64,000 nucleotides of DNA from Camelus dromedarius (GCF_036321535.1 NC_087437.1:95854001-95918000); one strand, 5' to 3'. Counted from the stretch's first letter, positions 23,811 through 37,990 are shown. Translations and numbers: made by a program. The notes: generated by a model from the letters alone, not told the origin.

Positions 23811-26649
23811 AGAGAAGGATAGAAGAAACTCGATGGATGAAGAACTAGAGTTGTTTTTAATAGAAAGACAGTGTTTATTTAATATGATAAAGTAACCCAC
23901 TGAAATTTACATTCCTCCTAATATCATGGGAGAGGCAATGTCAAAAGGCAAATAAAACTTAAAAACTTGGTGAAAACACACAGTGAAATATGTAGGCGCC
24001 AGTAGTATTTTTAATTTAGGGGAAGGCACAAAATAAATCAAGCAGTTAATGAAGTCAGGACTCAAATCTCCAAATAATAAGCTAAAGCTAAGAGAAGCCC
24101 TGACTTCTGTAATATTGCATAAGTACATGAGAGAAGTTGTTGTTCACTGTGACCTTCATACAATCTGGACAAAGGAAAGGCAAGAACAGCCTGTATCCTG
24201 GTATAAATCAGCACTCAGTATGTTGTGTTGTCTGGAAAGGCGGAACTGAAGGAGGGAGAGTATTAAAGCAAAAAGTCATTAGGCTCATATGGGAAAAGTT
24301 CCAGCTGTGTATCTGTTGAGATGGTATCAATGGGCTGACTGTGAAATGTTTCAAACAAGCAGGATTTAAAATGGTGATATTTTAGGAGCACATGTTCATT
24401 CACCTTGAAACTTTTAATGAGAAAAGCAAGAGCAGCTAAATAATCCGTCGGCATGACCAGACATTTCTGCAAACTTTTTCCAAGTCACCAGTATATGCCC
24501 AGGTCTTTGGCTTGTGAAGATGTGTTGTCACCGGAAGGTCTGACATCATTTCTCACTGTTTTATTTCATGGATAGATAAATGCAGAAGTAAGAAAGAAAT
24601 ATGAACAAAATTGCTGTTTCTTCTGTAGTATTTAGTAACTGATTCTTGGTTTTTTCCTTTTGGATTATTGCTCAGTAGGGAAAGCAAAGAAATTTATTCC
24701 ATGAGAAAAGGCAGAGATCACTTTAGTATCGGTTAAAAAATTACATTATTGTAGGGGGGGAGCTTAAAAGAGAGGCATTTATAATTGAGGTACATACAAT
24801 TGGTTATCCAGCATAAGGTGTAGGACCCTAAGTGAAATCTGTCCTGGGGCAAAACCCCTCATCTCTGCAATACTGTCCTCTACCATTTCACATTTCATTA
24901 TGAGATGTTAGGCTAAATTAGTGATAATTTATTCTCCCTTTAATTATAAAATATATCATCTCTTCCTAGGATTTATATTATTTTGATAACCAAATCATGT
25001 ATTAATGCTGGCCTATATGAAATAAGTAATGAATGAAAGTCATACCCTAGTTTTCAAGACATAGGAAGCACCGTATCCATATATGATTTCTCTACAGGAG
25101 AGAAGTCATCTAAAGCCCAGAATATAGTAAAATTATCAGATGTAATCTCTGGGGGACAACCTTCCAGAATCAGGACAAAAGTGTGCATTTGCAAACTTGA
25201 TGCTCTTTTAATCTTTCCTGAAAATGTTTTTACCAGTTACTATTCAATATGAAGTGTTGAGCTAATGAGATAAGAAAATGGGAAAATATTGTTATAGCAA
25301 AAGGCATGTTATTTATCTATGCACTAGATAGGAGATATCGCATTGTATTTGTGTAGATAAAAGAAGATGAGAGGCTGAGCTTTAACAATGGCAGTGAAGT
25401 TGGAAGATTATGAGAAAATTAGGTAATTGGAAAATTTTTTTTAAATATTGACTTTCAGAATTACTCCTATTCTTTATTCAAGTATAAGCTCTAGGGTATA
25501 AGGCTATGGAATTGGAGCTAATATTTTGCAAATCAAAATGAAAATATTTGTACTGTTTTTTGAAGCCCTTTTTAACCATAGAACTCAATGCCCTTTTTAA
25601 TAAGTTGTGAATAATCTTGATTTTTAAAACTCAGTATTCACTAAATTAAAAGAAATTACTAAAGTACATTAACAACACTACTTAATGGTTTTCATATGGG
25701 ATTTAGAGAGAAGAAAAATTTGGTGAGTTAAGAACAGCAAAGAAGAATGGCAAAGGTGAGGAAAGTTTAGGATATGATCGTATAATTGGATAGAATTATC
25801 ACATTGATCTTACTGGGTCTTGAACTGAAGAAAGAAACTCATTAAGAGAAGATTACAAACTTTGCTCCCCTTCACCTTTGCTAAGAACTTTCAATTATTT
25901 AAATGTGTTATTTACCTTTTTTCTCCTTTTGCATGAATAGCCACACTTTTATTTATTTTGATTATTACAATCTCTAAGTGAAAAGAAAGCCCTTGATGCA
26001 AAACCGTAATCATAAAACCATTAGTGAGTCTTTCGCTATGGTTCTGTTTTATAACAACCAATTTTATACTCTTCCTTTTTTTTTTTTTTTCTTGCAGACA
26101 ATTTATTATCATCTCATAAATCTGAACAGCCCCCCTCCTTAATCTCATTAAAGTAGCAGTTTTAATCTCTTCTCCCTGGGTTTCTTATCACCAGGAAAAC
26201 ATATTCAGTAGCAGAGATCATAGTGGAGCTGGCTTGGATTACTAAAATTTCATTACTTCCATAAAATTTGTCACAGCACTTTTACAGATAGGTAATGAAT
26301 GATCATTGAATATCTGTCAAAATAGATGATTTGGACTCCTTTGAAGGTTGGACTAGGTAACCTCATTAAGCCTTCAAACCCAACTTCCCTGAGATTCTGT
26401 GACAATGCAGACATGAAGCTTAGGAGAAGCTTCATTTCTAAGGAAGAACATAGCAGGAACTAAAGAGAAGCAGGAGAGAGTCCACCCAGAAGCCAGTTGA
26501 ATTTAAACCAATCCAGATTGCAAAGATAACTGGATTTAGCTGAAATAGAGTGATCATTTCATCCACCAGCTTTACCTTTCCTAGATGATTCCTGAGACTG
26601 GTAACTGGCCAAAATTGTGAATTATGGAAAAGTACTTTTTAAAAAAATG

Positions 26650-27600
26650 CCTTCCAGCAACGTGTATTAAAAGCCTCTCTACTAGGCATTGTACTAAGTC
26701 CTTGCGATCTTGGGTGCGCAACCTGAAGAGAACCATTGTATGCCCTCCAAAGTTCATAGTTTAATTAACTGTTGTATTTTAGTGCAGTATGTAAATCTTG
26801 AGAAGTGGGTATTCAGTGGTGAAAAGAAACAGAAAAAAAACTTCTAATTAAAACATCAAGATCCAGGGGACATTCCCAGGAGATGGGACATTTGAGTTAA
26901 CAGCTGAAAGAGGAGAGCTTGGACAGGAAGAGGGTTCTCTACCCTGAGGGCAGCACATGTGAAAGAATGGAGACTTGGAAGTTAGGTAGATCAGAAACTG
27001 AAAATAATGCAGCAGGACTGGAGGCAATGGTGGTTGTGTGGTCCTTGAGCAAAAGATGGGTCTCTGAAAGTGAAGAGCTTTAAAAGATAACTTTAAACGA
27101 TAAAAGAAAGTGAAGAACTTTTGGACTTTATCCTAGATATTTTTGGAAGCCATAGCAGTATTTTAAGGCTAAAAATGAATATTAACGTTGTCTTGAGCAA
27201 GGTCAGTGTCAGTCATGAGAGTAGAACTTGAAGGTGTGCTACAGTTCTAATTCTATGTTGAAATCTGGAAAGGGAGGTGAGAAATTAAACTATGTATGGC
27301 AGCAGTAAAGGGAATGAAGGTTGGCCCCAGGGAAAATTGAGACATAAATAAGGGATATTTAGGAAGCAGGATACATAGGATTTGATAACTGGTTGGATTA
27401 TTTAGATGGAGAATAATTCATAAAATATAAATAATAGTTTTATTTTCTGAAATAGAGAAAACATGAAAAGGAGCACTGATGATGAGTTTATTTTTAGCCA
27501 TGTTGTTTCTGATTTGTGTGTGGGACATCCTAGAAAAGATACCAAGGAGGGTTTGGGAGATAGCAAAGCCTGGCACCATGAGGAAATCATGTCTAAAGAG
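26650..27600 (-). mobile_element. L2 LINE fragments
   Basis: cagcaacgtgtattaaaagcctct...gggcagcacatgtgaaaga...ttttggactttatcctag...ggaagcaggatacataggatttgataactggttgga. Confidence 0.75.
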
Positions 27601-28169
27601 AGTTGAATTCTTGTTCTGACAATCACATCCTTGAACCTGAAAGAAATTACTGGCTCCTCTGAATCTCAATTTCTTTAAATGTAGAAAGAAATGATGTCAA
27701 CCTCAGAGACATGTCCCATTCTAAGACATGCCTCTCTAGTGCAGCTGGCTTCCTCTTGGAGGACATTGACCATATGCCAGACCATCCCAGGGTGTCCTAA
27801 AGGATGGGGTCCAGGAGGAGCTGCATGCTACTCATAGAGTAGTTACATCCATTTAATGAACATAGTTACATCTACATCTCATTGGTAAAGTAAACTTTTC
27901 AAAGTTTTGGAACATAATGGATTTTTAGACACATGCTAGTTCTACTTCCTTTCCTACAATTATTCCAGAATTTTCTTTGTAACTAGCTAAGTGAACAGAA
28001 AGCATCATATACCTCTTAGCAATAAATCAAGTAGCAATAAATAAGCATTTTAATGGCAGTTTTAGAAAAGGTTCCATGTGGGAATGTCATTAGCCTTTGG
28101 GAGCTGAAGGTGATGGAAGATCATTTTACCAGATTTACTAGATTTTCACGTTTTTTAAAATGTCCCTCA

Positions 28170-28830
28170 AGCTATCCATCAATAACTTATTTAAAAAATA
28201 TTTACCAACTCTCTTCTATGTGGAGGGCACTCTTTTTTGGCACCAGTTACATGAAATTATGCTTTGACAATGGACAAGGAAATAAATAATAATTTCAAGT
28301 AGAAGTGAACATAAAATTCAAAACAAAATAATTTTAGTAGTTCTAAGTCTGAAGCAAATAAAACTGGGAAAAGAATAAATGTGACTTTTTAAAACTGTGG
28401 AAGCTAATGGGTCTACTTTGGATATGGTGGGCAGGGACTGTGTCTCTGGGGAGACGGCAGTTAAATGGGGACTTAAATGATGAGATGTCCAACACAGAGG
28501 ACCAGGGGTCAAGTGTTCCAAGCAGAAGGGAGAGCAAGTTCAAGGCAGGATTCAGTCTATTTATTTTCAATTAATAAAAAGAAGGCTTCTATGTCCAGAG
28601 CTTTAGTAATCTGGGGGAAGGCTGGTGGGAGGTAAGATTGGGAAGGGAGGAGGGACAAAATGTATGGGACCTTATAAACCCTGGTTAAAGAGTTAGATTT
28701 TATGATAAGTAAAATTAAAAAAAAAAAAAGGAAAAAGGAAAAATGTAGAAAACTTAAAGCAGAGGAATGAGATGATGGGATGTATATCTTAAAAATGTCA
28801 TTCTAGATTCTCTGGAGACGGAGTGATAGG
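28170..28830 (-). mobile_element. L2 LINE 3' fragment
   Basis: gtgttccaagcagaagggagagcaagttcaagg...ggttaaagagttagattttat...ttaaagcagaggaatgagatga. Confidence 0.75.
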
Positions 28831-28943
28831 GCAACAGTGAGGCGACATCATCCACAATTTACAAGGACAACCTTCTGCTAAAAAGACCCCTTGAGTGAGG
28901 CTAGCAATGATTGGCAAGAACTAGTTAGGAAAACATGGCTTAA

Positions 28944-29048
28944 TTTTTTTTTTTGGCTTTTTTTTTTTAAATGAATGTACTGGGGATGGAACCTAGGACC
29001 TCATGCATGTTAAGCATGAGCTCTACCACTTAGCTATACCTAGCCCCC
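28944..29048 (-). mobile_element. Vic-1-like SINE
   Basis: T-tail then gtactggggatggaacctaggacctcatgcatgttaagcatgagctctaccacttagctatacc. Confidence 0.88.
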
Positions 29049-29969
29049 TACAGTTTAATATTAATCAAAGAAACATGTAATTTAATAAAAAGAGATTCTT
29101 TTCCTACTGGAAACTATCAGTAAATCATCTTTTAACATCATCAGAGAAAATCCATAAAGAATGTCATCTTTTTTATCTTAAGATATTTATTTTTCCCAGA
29201 TTCAGCTCTATGTTTAATTTTTTTTTAAATCACACTTCAAAAATAGTAGCAAAAGAGTTGCCTTTCCATCTTTCCCCATATTCTATGAATAAGAATATAA
29301 TGCATTGTGACTTGTTCAAAGCATGCAGATCTTAAAAGTAAATTACATTTCAAACATCTTTATTTAACAGCTAAAAAGTTAAATGAAACCATATTTTACA
29401 GTGAAGAAGAAAAAGTACAAGGAATTTAAATCAATCAGCACTCTGAATCTAACCTACTCATAAGCTGCAAGAAGCAGTTTAACTGTAAAGTAGCTGGTGG
29501 AAGTTTATTAACTACACTTTCTTTAGAAGGGGGGAGGAGAGTGGAGAGAATGAATATTTTGATCCAATCCAAAACAATCATAAAACAAAAGGTGTTGAAT
29601 AAAAGGAGGAGAATCTTTCTGGAAATGTTTCACCTGCATCTGTATAAACAGGTACTAAAATGTCAAAAGACATTATTTTTAAAATTTTGATTGAAAATAT
29701 CTTTAAGAAAAAAGTTAAAAATTAAATTATTTATTTTATAACATTTAAGTATAAATGCAAAGATATACAAGTTATTAAATTGAATTAGAAATTATCCATA
29801 TGTGGTCTTTTTGGTTTGGGTGCTTTTATTTTTACTCTTAAGTAGCTATTTAAAAAGACGACACAGTACCCTTCACTTGACATTGGATGTTGGCAGTATG
29901 ATCATAAAGTGGATCATCTACTTTTCTAAGAGCATTTCTCAATCTCTTAAACAATTCTAAAGCGCCCAC

Positions 29970-30990
29970 AGCACTATCATTTTTTCTCTGTCATTGATTC
30001 GCCCTGAACCTTCCCCTGAAACTTGAGACCCTTTTTTCCCTGCCTACTTGACTTTTCCACTTGGATGACTAATAAGCATTTCAAAATTTAAATGTCCAAA
30101 CCATAACTCCTTATTCCCAGCACACTTCTCCCATCAAACTGCTTAACTCTTAAGTTTTCACCACTCAGAAAATAGGACCATTGCCTACTCATGTGATCAG
30201 AGATTTACCAGGTTCCCTTCCCCGACTCCATTTCATCTCTCTCATCTCCCACATTCGCCAAGTGAATCCATCTCCTTCTTTCCATATATACTATTAACAT
30301 CATAGTATAAGCATACTCATTTCTTGAATGGATTCGTACAAGCCACCTAATTGAGTCTTTTCCTTCTTGAACCTCTACGATCCATTATCCACTTAGGAGC
30401 CAGAGCAATCTTTTTAAAAATGTGGATTCTTTTTTTATTGCAATTGGAATAACTCAAAAACTCTCTGTCCTGGGCCACAGAACCCTACGTGATCTGCTTC
30501 CTGTTTACCTATTTAATGCCCACGCTCTCACTCACCAAGTCTCAGCCACGGTGTTCTTTCTCTGTTCCTCTAACACGCGAACGCAGGTCCTTGTGCTGAC
30601 TAGTCTGCCTGGATTTCTCTTCACTTGGTTTTTCTCCTTGATGTTCTCCTTCTCATCACACATGATTCACATCATACCATCTCACTGTGGAGAGATTTGC
30701 TGAACTCTTTATGTAGTGTCAGCACCCAGGCATGCTCTTATCACACCACCCTGTTTAATTCTCTGGATAGTACTTGCTATCCAGAGTGTTTGCCATCCAG
30801 GCCCCATGAATGTCTCATATATTCTCCTGAGGTGTAGAAATACTATGGGAATAAGAATTTTGTCTGTCCTGTTACTCCCATATAATCAGTCTTAGATGAG
30901 TGCCTGGCATAAAGCAGAGACTATATATATAGGTGTGTGCATGTGTGTGTGTGTGTATATATATGATTGAGTAAGTGAATGATGAATGGA
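29970..30990 (+). mobile_element. L2 LINE fragment (~1 kb)
   Basis: tgcctacttgacttttccacttggatgactaataagcatttcaaa...gagccagagcaatcttttt...agtgcctggcata...gtgaatgatgaatgg. Confidence 0.8.
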
Positions 30991-33900
30991 CATTTGGATC
31001 TAGTTGCATATAATGACATTGAAATGCCAGCTTTAAAGTACCTCAGAGTACTTTGTTTTATGATCAAATGAGTAAATCATCCAATATATCTCCTGTTATC
31101 TAGTTTTTTAATTAATATTTTTCTTAAAAAACTCTCATACCGAATTTGTACAAACCCCATGGAGACAGCTAGGTGTTCATTCACTGATTTCTGTTTAAAA
31201 GCCGCTGAGCCGGTGGAGACACTCTAGAAGGCTCAGATGATATTTATATCACTCTGTCTTCTCCCGGAAAGGGCCCAGATGCACTGCCTGTGGGGCAGCT
31301 GCTTTTGCCCTCTGTTTCTGATCCTTAATTATTTGGCTTTTTTTTCCTGCATATGTCAAATTTTTCGGACCATTTGGAAGCCTCCACTCTACTTACATCC
31401 CATCGCTGAGCAATTTTTACTTTGGATTTTCCAACAGTGTGATACAAGTAAGCATCTATTAATATTGACCACCATCTGCAAAGCTTTAAGTACAGTTTAG
31501 TGATGGTTGGAGTCTGCATTTTACTGAAGAAAAGGCAGCTAATGATATCAAAACACATGACAAGCATTCTCAAATATATTGAAGTCTTTTTGGTCTGTCC
31601 TCTCTCTTATTTGCATTTTCCTTTCCTGTTTATTGGTGTTACTATTCAAAAGGAATAAGGCATCATCCCCTTTTAACCCCATTTGGTTTCTAATTCATGT
31701 TGACCAGTTATCTGACAACATATAAGGTAGGAGACTTGAAAGTTTATGAAGACTCTAACCCTCCAAATTACTTGTAAATTGTAAACATGCCTGTACAAAG
31801 CCCTCAAAACATTCAGAGAATTATCATTGCCTTTTGTTAAAAAAAAAAAAAAAGACAAACCTGGAGTTTGCTTATTTGGGGTATCTGTAATCTGAGTCTA
31901 CAGGATATTAAATACTACTTGCTAGCAGTCTACGGTGTTACCTGTCCCTCTAGGAGGCCATCATTACAGCACTCGGGGTGGATACATTGAGTAGGAAGGA
32001 AAGACACAAGCACTACTCTGACCTACAATTTATCTGCCCTGTTTGTATGACTTCTTTCTTTCCTCCAACTTGCACTGAATTTTATTTTTAAAAGTTAACG
32101 TAGATGAAAAGCAGTCTCTTGGATTAAAAAGTAGGGCAATAAGGTAAAAAGGGAGTGGATGTAAGATGCACAGAGCTATAAAACAGACAAGGGAATTATA
32201 AATGTATACCGTTTTCAACCTAAATAAATTCATTTGTCAACCAGGAAAACTGTTTTGAGTGAGGACAATTATTTTCGCTGCATATATGCGAAGTGTGCAT
32301 AATAAGTCATTTAAATCAAGGTTATACATTGTCTTTAGGCAATTATTCTCCTCTGTATTTGTCAAATGTAAAAAGCCAATTGTAAGCAGTTTTGAACTGT
32401 TGTTTTGTTACAATTATGCACTCCTTTGACAAGGGATAATGATTTATTTTCCAAAGAAAATGCTGCAGGGTTACTTTGTGGGATTTATAGTGTAGTGGGG
32501 AAAAATAATTACCCAAACAGGTACACAGGCAAGGGGTGGATGCTAGTGTGCAGGGTAAAATGAATCAGCTCATCTAAAGATTGATATATGCACTTGCAGG
32601 TCTTCATAATCATGTTAGACCTGCTTGCTAGCGTCTGGGCACAATATTCACCCAAGATGAAAATTTAATTTTGACTTCTCCCTACCCAATGAGACTGGTT
32701 CTAGAAAGAGAGACGGGTGGTGCTACTTTTTTTTTTAATGCTATTTAGAAGGTGACGTTAACTTGTGGAGGCTAGAAAGGGTAAGAGAAGAATTGACCTA
32801 ACAAATTCAAGCTCAGCTGAAAGAATGGACAAGAGTCTTGAGCTGTGTCAGCACGTCAGACAGTGGACGTGCTAGGGCGTTCCTGTGGAGAGGCACCTTT
32901 CCAAAGGACTATGTCAAGGGGTGAGTTTATGCATGAGGGTCTCAGAAGTCACAGCACAACAGAAAACCCTCCTGCTGATTTTTTTTTTTACCAGATTTAT
33001 GGCTTAGATTTAACAGTTTTTTGTTGGCTCTTTAATAATTGAAATAAAAATACTTTAAAATTAATAATAATGACATGGTGACCTTTGTTGCACTTTTAAT
33101 GTTTATGTTATGTAGCACTGGCTTTTGCATTAGCCAAGAGGACAACGAGGAAGGGATGCCACAACAAGAATAACAATAACAGACATACTCTTGGTCTCTG
33201 TTTTGCCAGGCAGAATTGTTGGGATTCCAATTTCTTCCCATCATTCCTCCCATTTCCTGGCAGGGGGTTGGGTGACTGGTTCTCCTTAGCAGTCTTGGAT
33301 ATTTGCCTCTGTAACCTGTGGGGTCAATTTCTTCTGCTGCATCACTGCCAAGCTCTGCTGCTCTGCGGCCACTTCCCACTGTGTTGCCCAATCTCGCGAT
33401 GTTTTGCTCTCATAGCGTGGTGTGACCCCTTTCCCATTTACTGGTAGTGATCTGCCTACCTTTGTCATTAACTGTGTTTCTCTCACTAAAACAAAAGGAC
33501 GTTCCAATTCCCTCTGCTAAAATAATGCTTGGGCTCCCTATAATGGAAGTCAAAGTTCTCGATTTTTTAACCAGTATTTCAAATGTGATAGCATATTTTA
33601 TATTTATCCATTTTTTCAGTTTTTTATAGCTCTTGTCTTTGTGAAACTTGTGTCCAGTTGCCTCAGACTTGGATAGACGGATAAAGCACATCCCAGCCTA
33701 AAATTATTCTTCTCATCCAAAAATCAGCTCATGCCCACTGAGTCTTTTCTGCTCCAGTGAATTCACTTTTCATCTGAGACAATTAAAGAACTTCTGTCCT
33801 CTCCTTCGTGACAGTCTAAGTCTGGTGTCCTGGGACCTGAAAACCAAATCTAAGTCTGTCTTTCCTCTGTTCCCTCCAAAAGACACCTGACTTCTTTGCA

Positions 33901-34389
33901 AAATGTAACTCTTGTGTCCTCTCTATTCCTCCAGTTATCACAGTGTATATGCAGATTCTCTTCTCTCCCCACTATCCAGTCCTAAACCTATAAAGATACT
34001 TGCATTTCGATCTAGATACTATATGAATTATTCTTAAAATTATGAAAATACCCACAATATAAATAGATCTTTTTAATTTTTAAAATTGTTAGGAAAAGAA
34101 AGTTTTGATTTTCAAAATACGTGTATAGTCAGAATTAATATTCAAACAACAAAACTGATAGTTTATTCTTTGTATTTTCAGTTCTTCAGCATGTTATATT
34201 GAGAAGAATTGGAAAAAGCTTTGTGAATGTTATCTCATTTTAACAAGATAAGAAGAATTTGTGAAATTCAAAAGGCTGATGTAAATGATGGACTTCTGTG
34301 TATGTGGAACAAGCTGGGCAAGAGTAGACTGTAGAACTTTGCCAGAAAATCAGGAATAGTCTTCTGATTTCTATGTCAGAGAACACGCA

Positions 34390-34565
34390 ATGGCAGTACA
34401 GTGCAGTGACTGAGATTATGGATTTGGAGCTGGACATTTTTGAGCTCCACTCCTCACTTCTCTGCTTATTAGCTGTGTGACATTTATCAAGTTACTGAAC
34501 ATCTCTGAATTGGAGTTTTTTCACAGGTGGAATGAGACCAATGATAGAACTGACTTCTAATTAGT
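34390..34565 (+). mobile_element. MIR SINE
   Basis: cagtacagtgcagtg...cttattagctgtgtgacatttatcaagttactgaacatctctgaa. Confidence 0.8.
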
Positions 34566-35590
34566 GGGCTATAGCTGGGTAGGTAGGTCAGTAAAAAAGG
34601 TAGATGAGGGGTATATAGATAAATAGAAGGATGATAAAGGGAGGTCTGGGGAGGAAAAATAGGGCTTTTAGATAGCTGCGTTAGAGAATTAGAACTTTAT
34701 GCAGGAGGCATGTAAAATTCAACGTAGATTATATGAGCTAGTTAGTTCTGTTTAAATTAATTGAATTCAGAAGAAAGCATTTCTTTGTTTATTAGGTTTT
34801 CAATCAATATGACAATGAACCTTCTGACATTAAAAATTAAAAGATGAGTAATAATGGCTACAATTTACTTTCAGGCCACTGACATTTTACTAGATTCTGT
34901 AAAATATTAATGCATTCAAATAAAATAAAGTAGTAAAGATAGAGCAATCAAATGGAGATATTTCTTGGTGAATCTAATTGTTCTTTAATAATACATTATA
35001 ATATATGATAATATTTGTACAAGTAATATTTTAATAATATATTAATATATTTGTATAACATATTCCTTAAATCTATAAAAATATTCTTCTCAATTGGATT
35101 TACAAATACATGAAAGTAGTTGTTTGCCTTTGCCTCATGCATGTCACAGTCAACTTATTTAAGTTATTCATTTATGTACGGGCTCATTTTCCTAATTGAC
35201 TATCTAGAGACAAACATGAATAGAACTTTCTCAAATAGTCAGAAGTTCTAGAAGTTAATGATATTTTATTGGCCCACCCAGTATGCCAGGAAAAAAGTGA
35301 CTTTATTTGCTGGAATGATTCAGATGATTATCTTAATTTGCTCCATAATTTTTAATACATTGATACGTCATTAAGATTTAAGAGGGGCTGACAGGAAACA
35401 TGTGTTCTAATAGGTCGGGTAATCAGTTGAATGTATCTGAGTGATTTAACTTGTGCTACATACCTGCTCAATAAAATATATGCACATGATTGCATCTTTG
35501 AAGGTTCATTACCAATAAAAACACCATTAAATTGAAAATCAATTCATAGAGTTGTTAGAAACACTCAAACGTGTTAGCACAATGACTTTT

Positions 35591-35594
<4 letters not shown>

Positions 35595-35624
<30 letters not shown>
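35595..35624. repeat. (TG)15 microsatellite
   Basis: Perfect dinucleotide run. Confidence 0.95.
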
Positions 35625-35630
<6 letters not shown>

Positions 35631-36169
35631 CACCTATAAAGCTAACTTTTGAAGGACACACTGAGATGCCTTGGTATTCTCTTTGTATGTTGTACTTCAG
35701 GAAATACTTAAGAGTAGAAGATAACCACATAGTTGCTTATACAAATTTTACCTTATTATCTCCACAACTCATTTCAAAGTAAACGAACTTTGATAATAAT
35801 AATATAGTTCCTTAACAATTTATATAACACATTTTATTATTTTTATAATTAATGTGAATTCTAAATGAGGAACCAAATTCTAATGAATGGAATACACATG
35901 GCTTATCCTTCTGTCTTCCAATTTATTTCCCCCATAACACTTTTCACAGCACCTTCTGGTTCATCGATCCCTTCTTTTCCTCACCTTTCAGCTGACTTCT
36001 ATCATATCCTTGGTAACAACTATTCTCATTCTGAGTAGCTATATTGTCATAATTCATATTTCAGGCATGTATTTAAAGAATGTTCATGAATTCTTGGGTT
36101 GCATGTTCTATATACATCTCAGTTCAAGCCTTGTGTACATGTAGGTTCATATATTTCTGTGTACATAAA

Positions 36170-36360
36170 TGTTATACTGTATATTATAATTATATATTAT
36201 ATAATATAATAATATATGATATATAATAATGCATTATATATTATACTTATATATTAAAATAATATATTCTATATAATTATATAGAATAATTTTGTAATTA
36301 TATATAACAATTATATTTATATATTATACATAAACACATTATATTTATTTATACTATTAT
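36170..36360. repeat. AT-rich low-complexity (TATAA-type) tract
   Basis: atattataattatatattatataatatataat... Confidence 0.85.
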
Positions 36361-36399
36361 AAACAATCGTGTATGAGGCAATAATGTCAAGTATGTAGA

Positions 36400-37640
36400 C
36401 ATTCAGAAGTATAAAACTGTCCTAGTGAATTGATACTTTAATTAATTGGAAATTATACTTTATTATTAATGATGCAATTTGCCCCAAAGTATTTTGTCTG
36501 ATGTAATATTTTTATACCATCCTTACTTGGTTAATGCTTACTTATTATATTTGTACTAAATTTTTACTTTTAAATTTCTCTCTTTTTTATAATGCTTAGG
36601 TATGGCTATATGTATATGTGGTTATTTATAAATAACAAATACCCAGATTTGACTATACATACCTGTAGAAATTGCATGTTTTAACAGGTATATCTAGTTT
36701 GTTTACATTAATTGTGATACTGGTACATTTGGCATTATACCTACATTAAAAAAAGTTACTGTATCTTTCCTTTAATATCTTTTTTTCTTATTTTTTTGCC
36801 TTCTATAATATTGCTAGGTTTTTAAAATTATCTTTTTCCTTTTCTATTGTCTTAGAATATTTATTCATTATAGTTCTGTTAGTCTTGTGTTTGCCCTTAA
36901 ATTTATAACTTACAAAATTTATTTTATCTATTTTGCCAGAATTTATCTCTAATCTTTCATTATTATTTTCTACTTATTCTACATTATTTTAAACCCCCAA
37001 TTACTATTATCTTTATTATTTCTAATTATTATTGTTACTTATAATTGATGTCTTCTAAAAAATCTAGCAACACACTAATTTTCTTGCATACTACTATGCT
37101 TTTTCCAACAACGTTTCTACTCTGGGTAGTTTCCTTCTTTCTTACTAGTTTATCTTAGTATTACAGAATTTCTTTCAACAAGGGTTATGGATGATACATT
37201 TAAAAAATCTGTCTGAATATTACTCTTAAACAATAGTTTGGGTGTATTCTTCAGGGTTGACATTTATTTTCTCTCAGCTTGGTAAGATACTATTCTATTG
37301 TTTTCTGATGTTAATCTTACTAATGTGAGGTCTTCTGTAAATTAAACAGTTGTTCCTTTGTCTGCAATTTATCTTCTTTTTCCTTGCTGCTTTCAATATT
37401 TCTTCTTTGTCTTTGAGCTTCTTCAGTTTCATCGTAATTTAACATGGTGGTGAGTATTAGTATGCTTTCTCTCCCTGAAGAAATAGCTTTCTTCTATTCC
37501 AAAAAATGCTCAACCATTATCACTTCAAATTTTGCCTTTTCTCTATTTTCTAATTTCTTATTCCAAAATACCTGTAGGTTTATTGTCCTGTTTGCAATAT
37601 CTTTTATCTGTTCTTCTTTCTTTTTTAAATTTCATTACCT
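36400..37640 (-). mobile_element. Ancient L1M (ORF1/ORF2-5' region), diverged
   Basis: ttgtctgatgtaatatt... and gggttgacatttattttctctcagc...gttgttcctttg...ctgctttcaatatttcttctttgtctttg are reversed L1M landmarks. Confidence 0.7.
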
Positions 37641-37659
37641 TTGTAATGCTCACATTATA

Positions 37660-37990
37660 TTGGAGGGTAAAAAAATCTGGGGAAGGAGAAGAGAAGTAGA
37701 AAGTGAGCCAGGGAAGGGACGGGAGCAAATGCAAGACAAGGTATTACTGAGCTGTCCACAGCTTTGCAAACAAAACATAGCTGGCGCTTAGTCGCACAGT
37801 CTCTCCAGAAAGCCTCTAGGGAACAATGCATTGTGGAAGAGGAGGCTGGTGATAGGATAAAGAGAGAACAATTTATCTGATGCCTTATTCCTGACTCCTC
37901 TCTCTTACTGATCAGTCTTCTCCCACAAGAAGAAGTTCCTAGCACCTAGGCAGCTACTGAAAATTGCAGAGTTTCTACAGGTCCATTTAT
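37660..37990 (-). mobile_element. ERVL LTR fragment (LTR16/LTR33-like)
   Basis: gaaagtgagccagggaagggacgggagcaaatgcaag...ttactgagctg. Confidence 0.5.
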
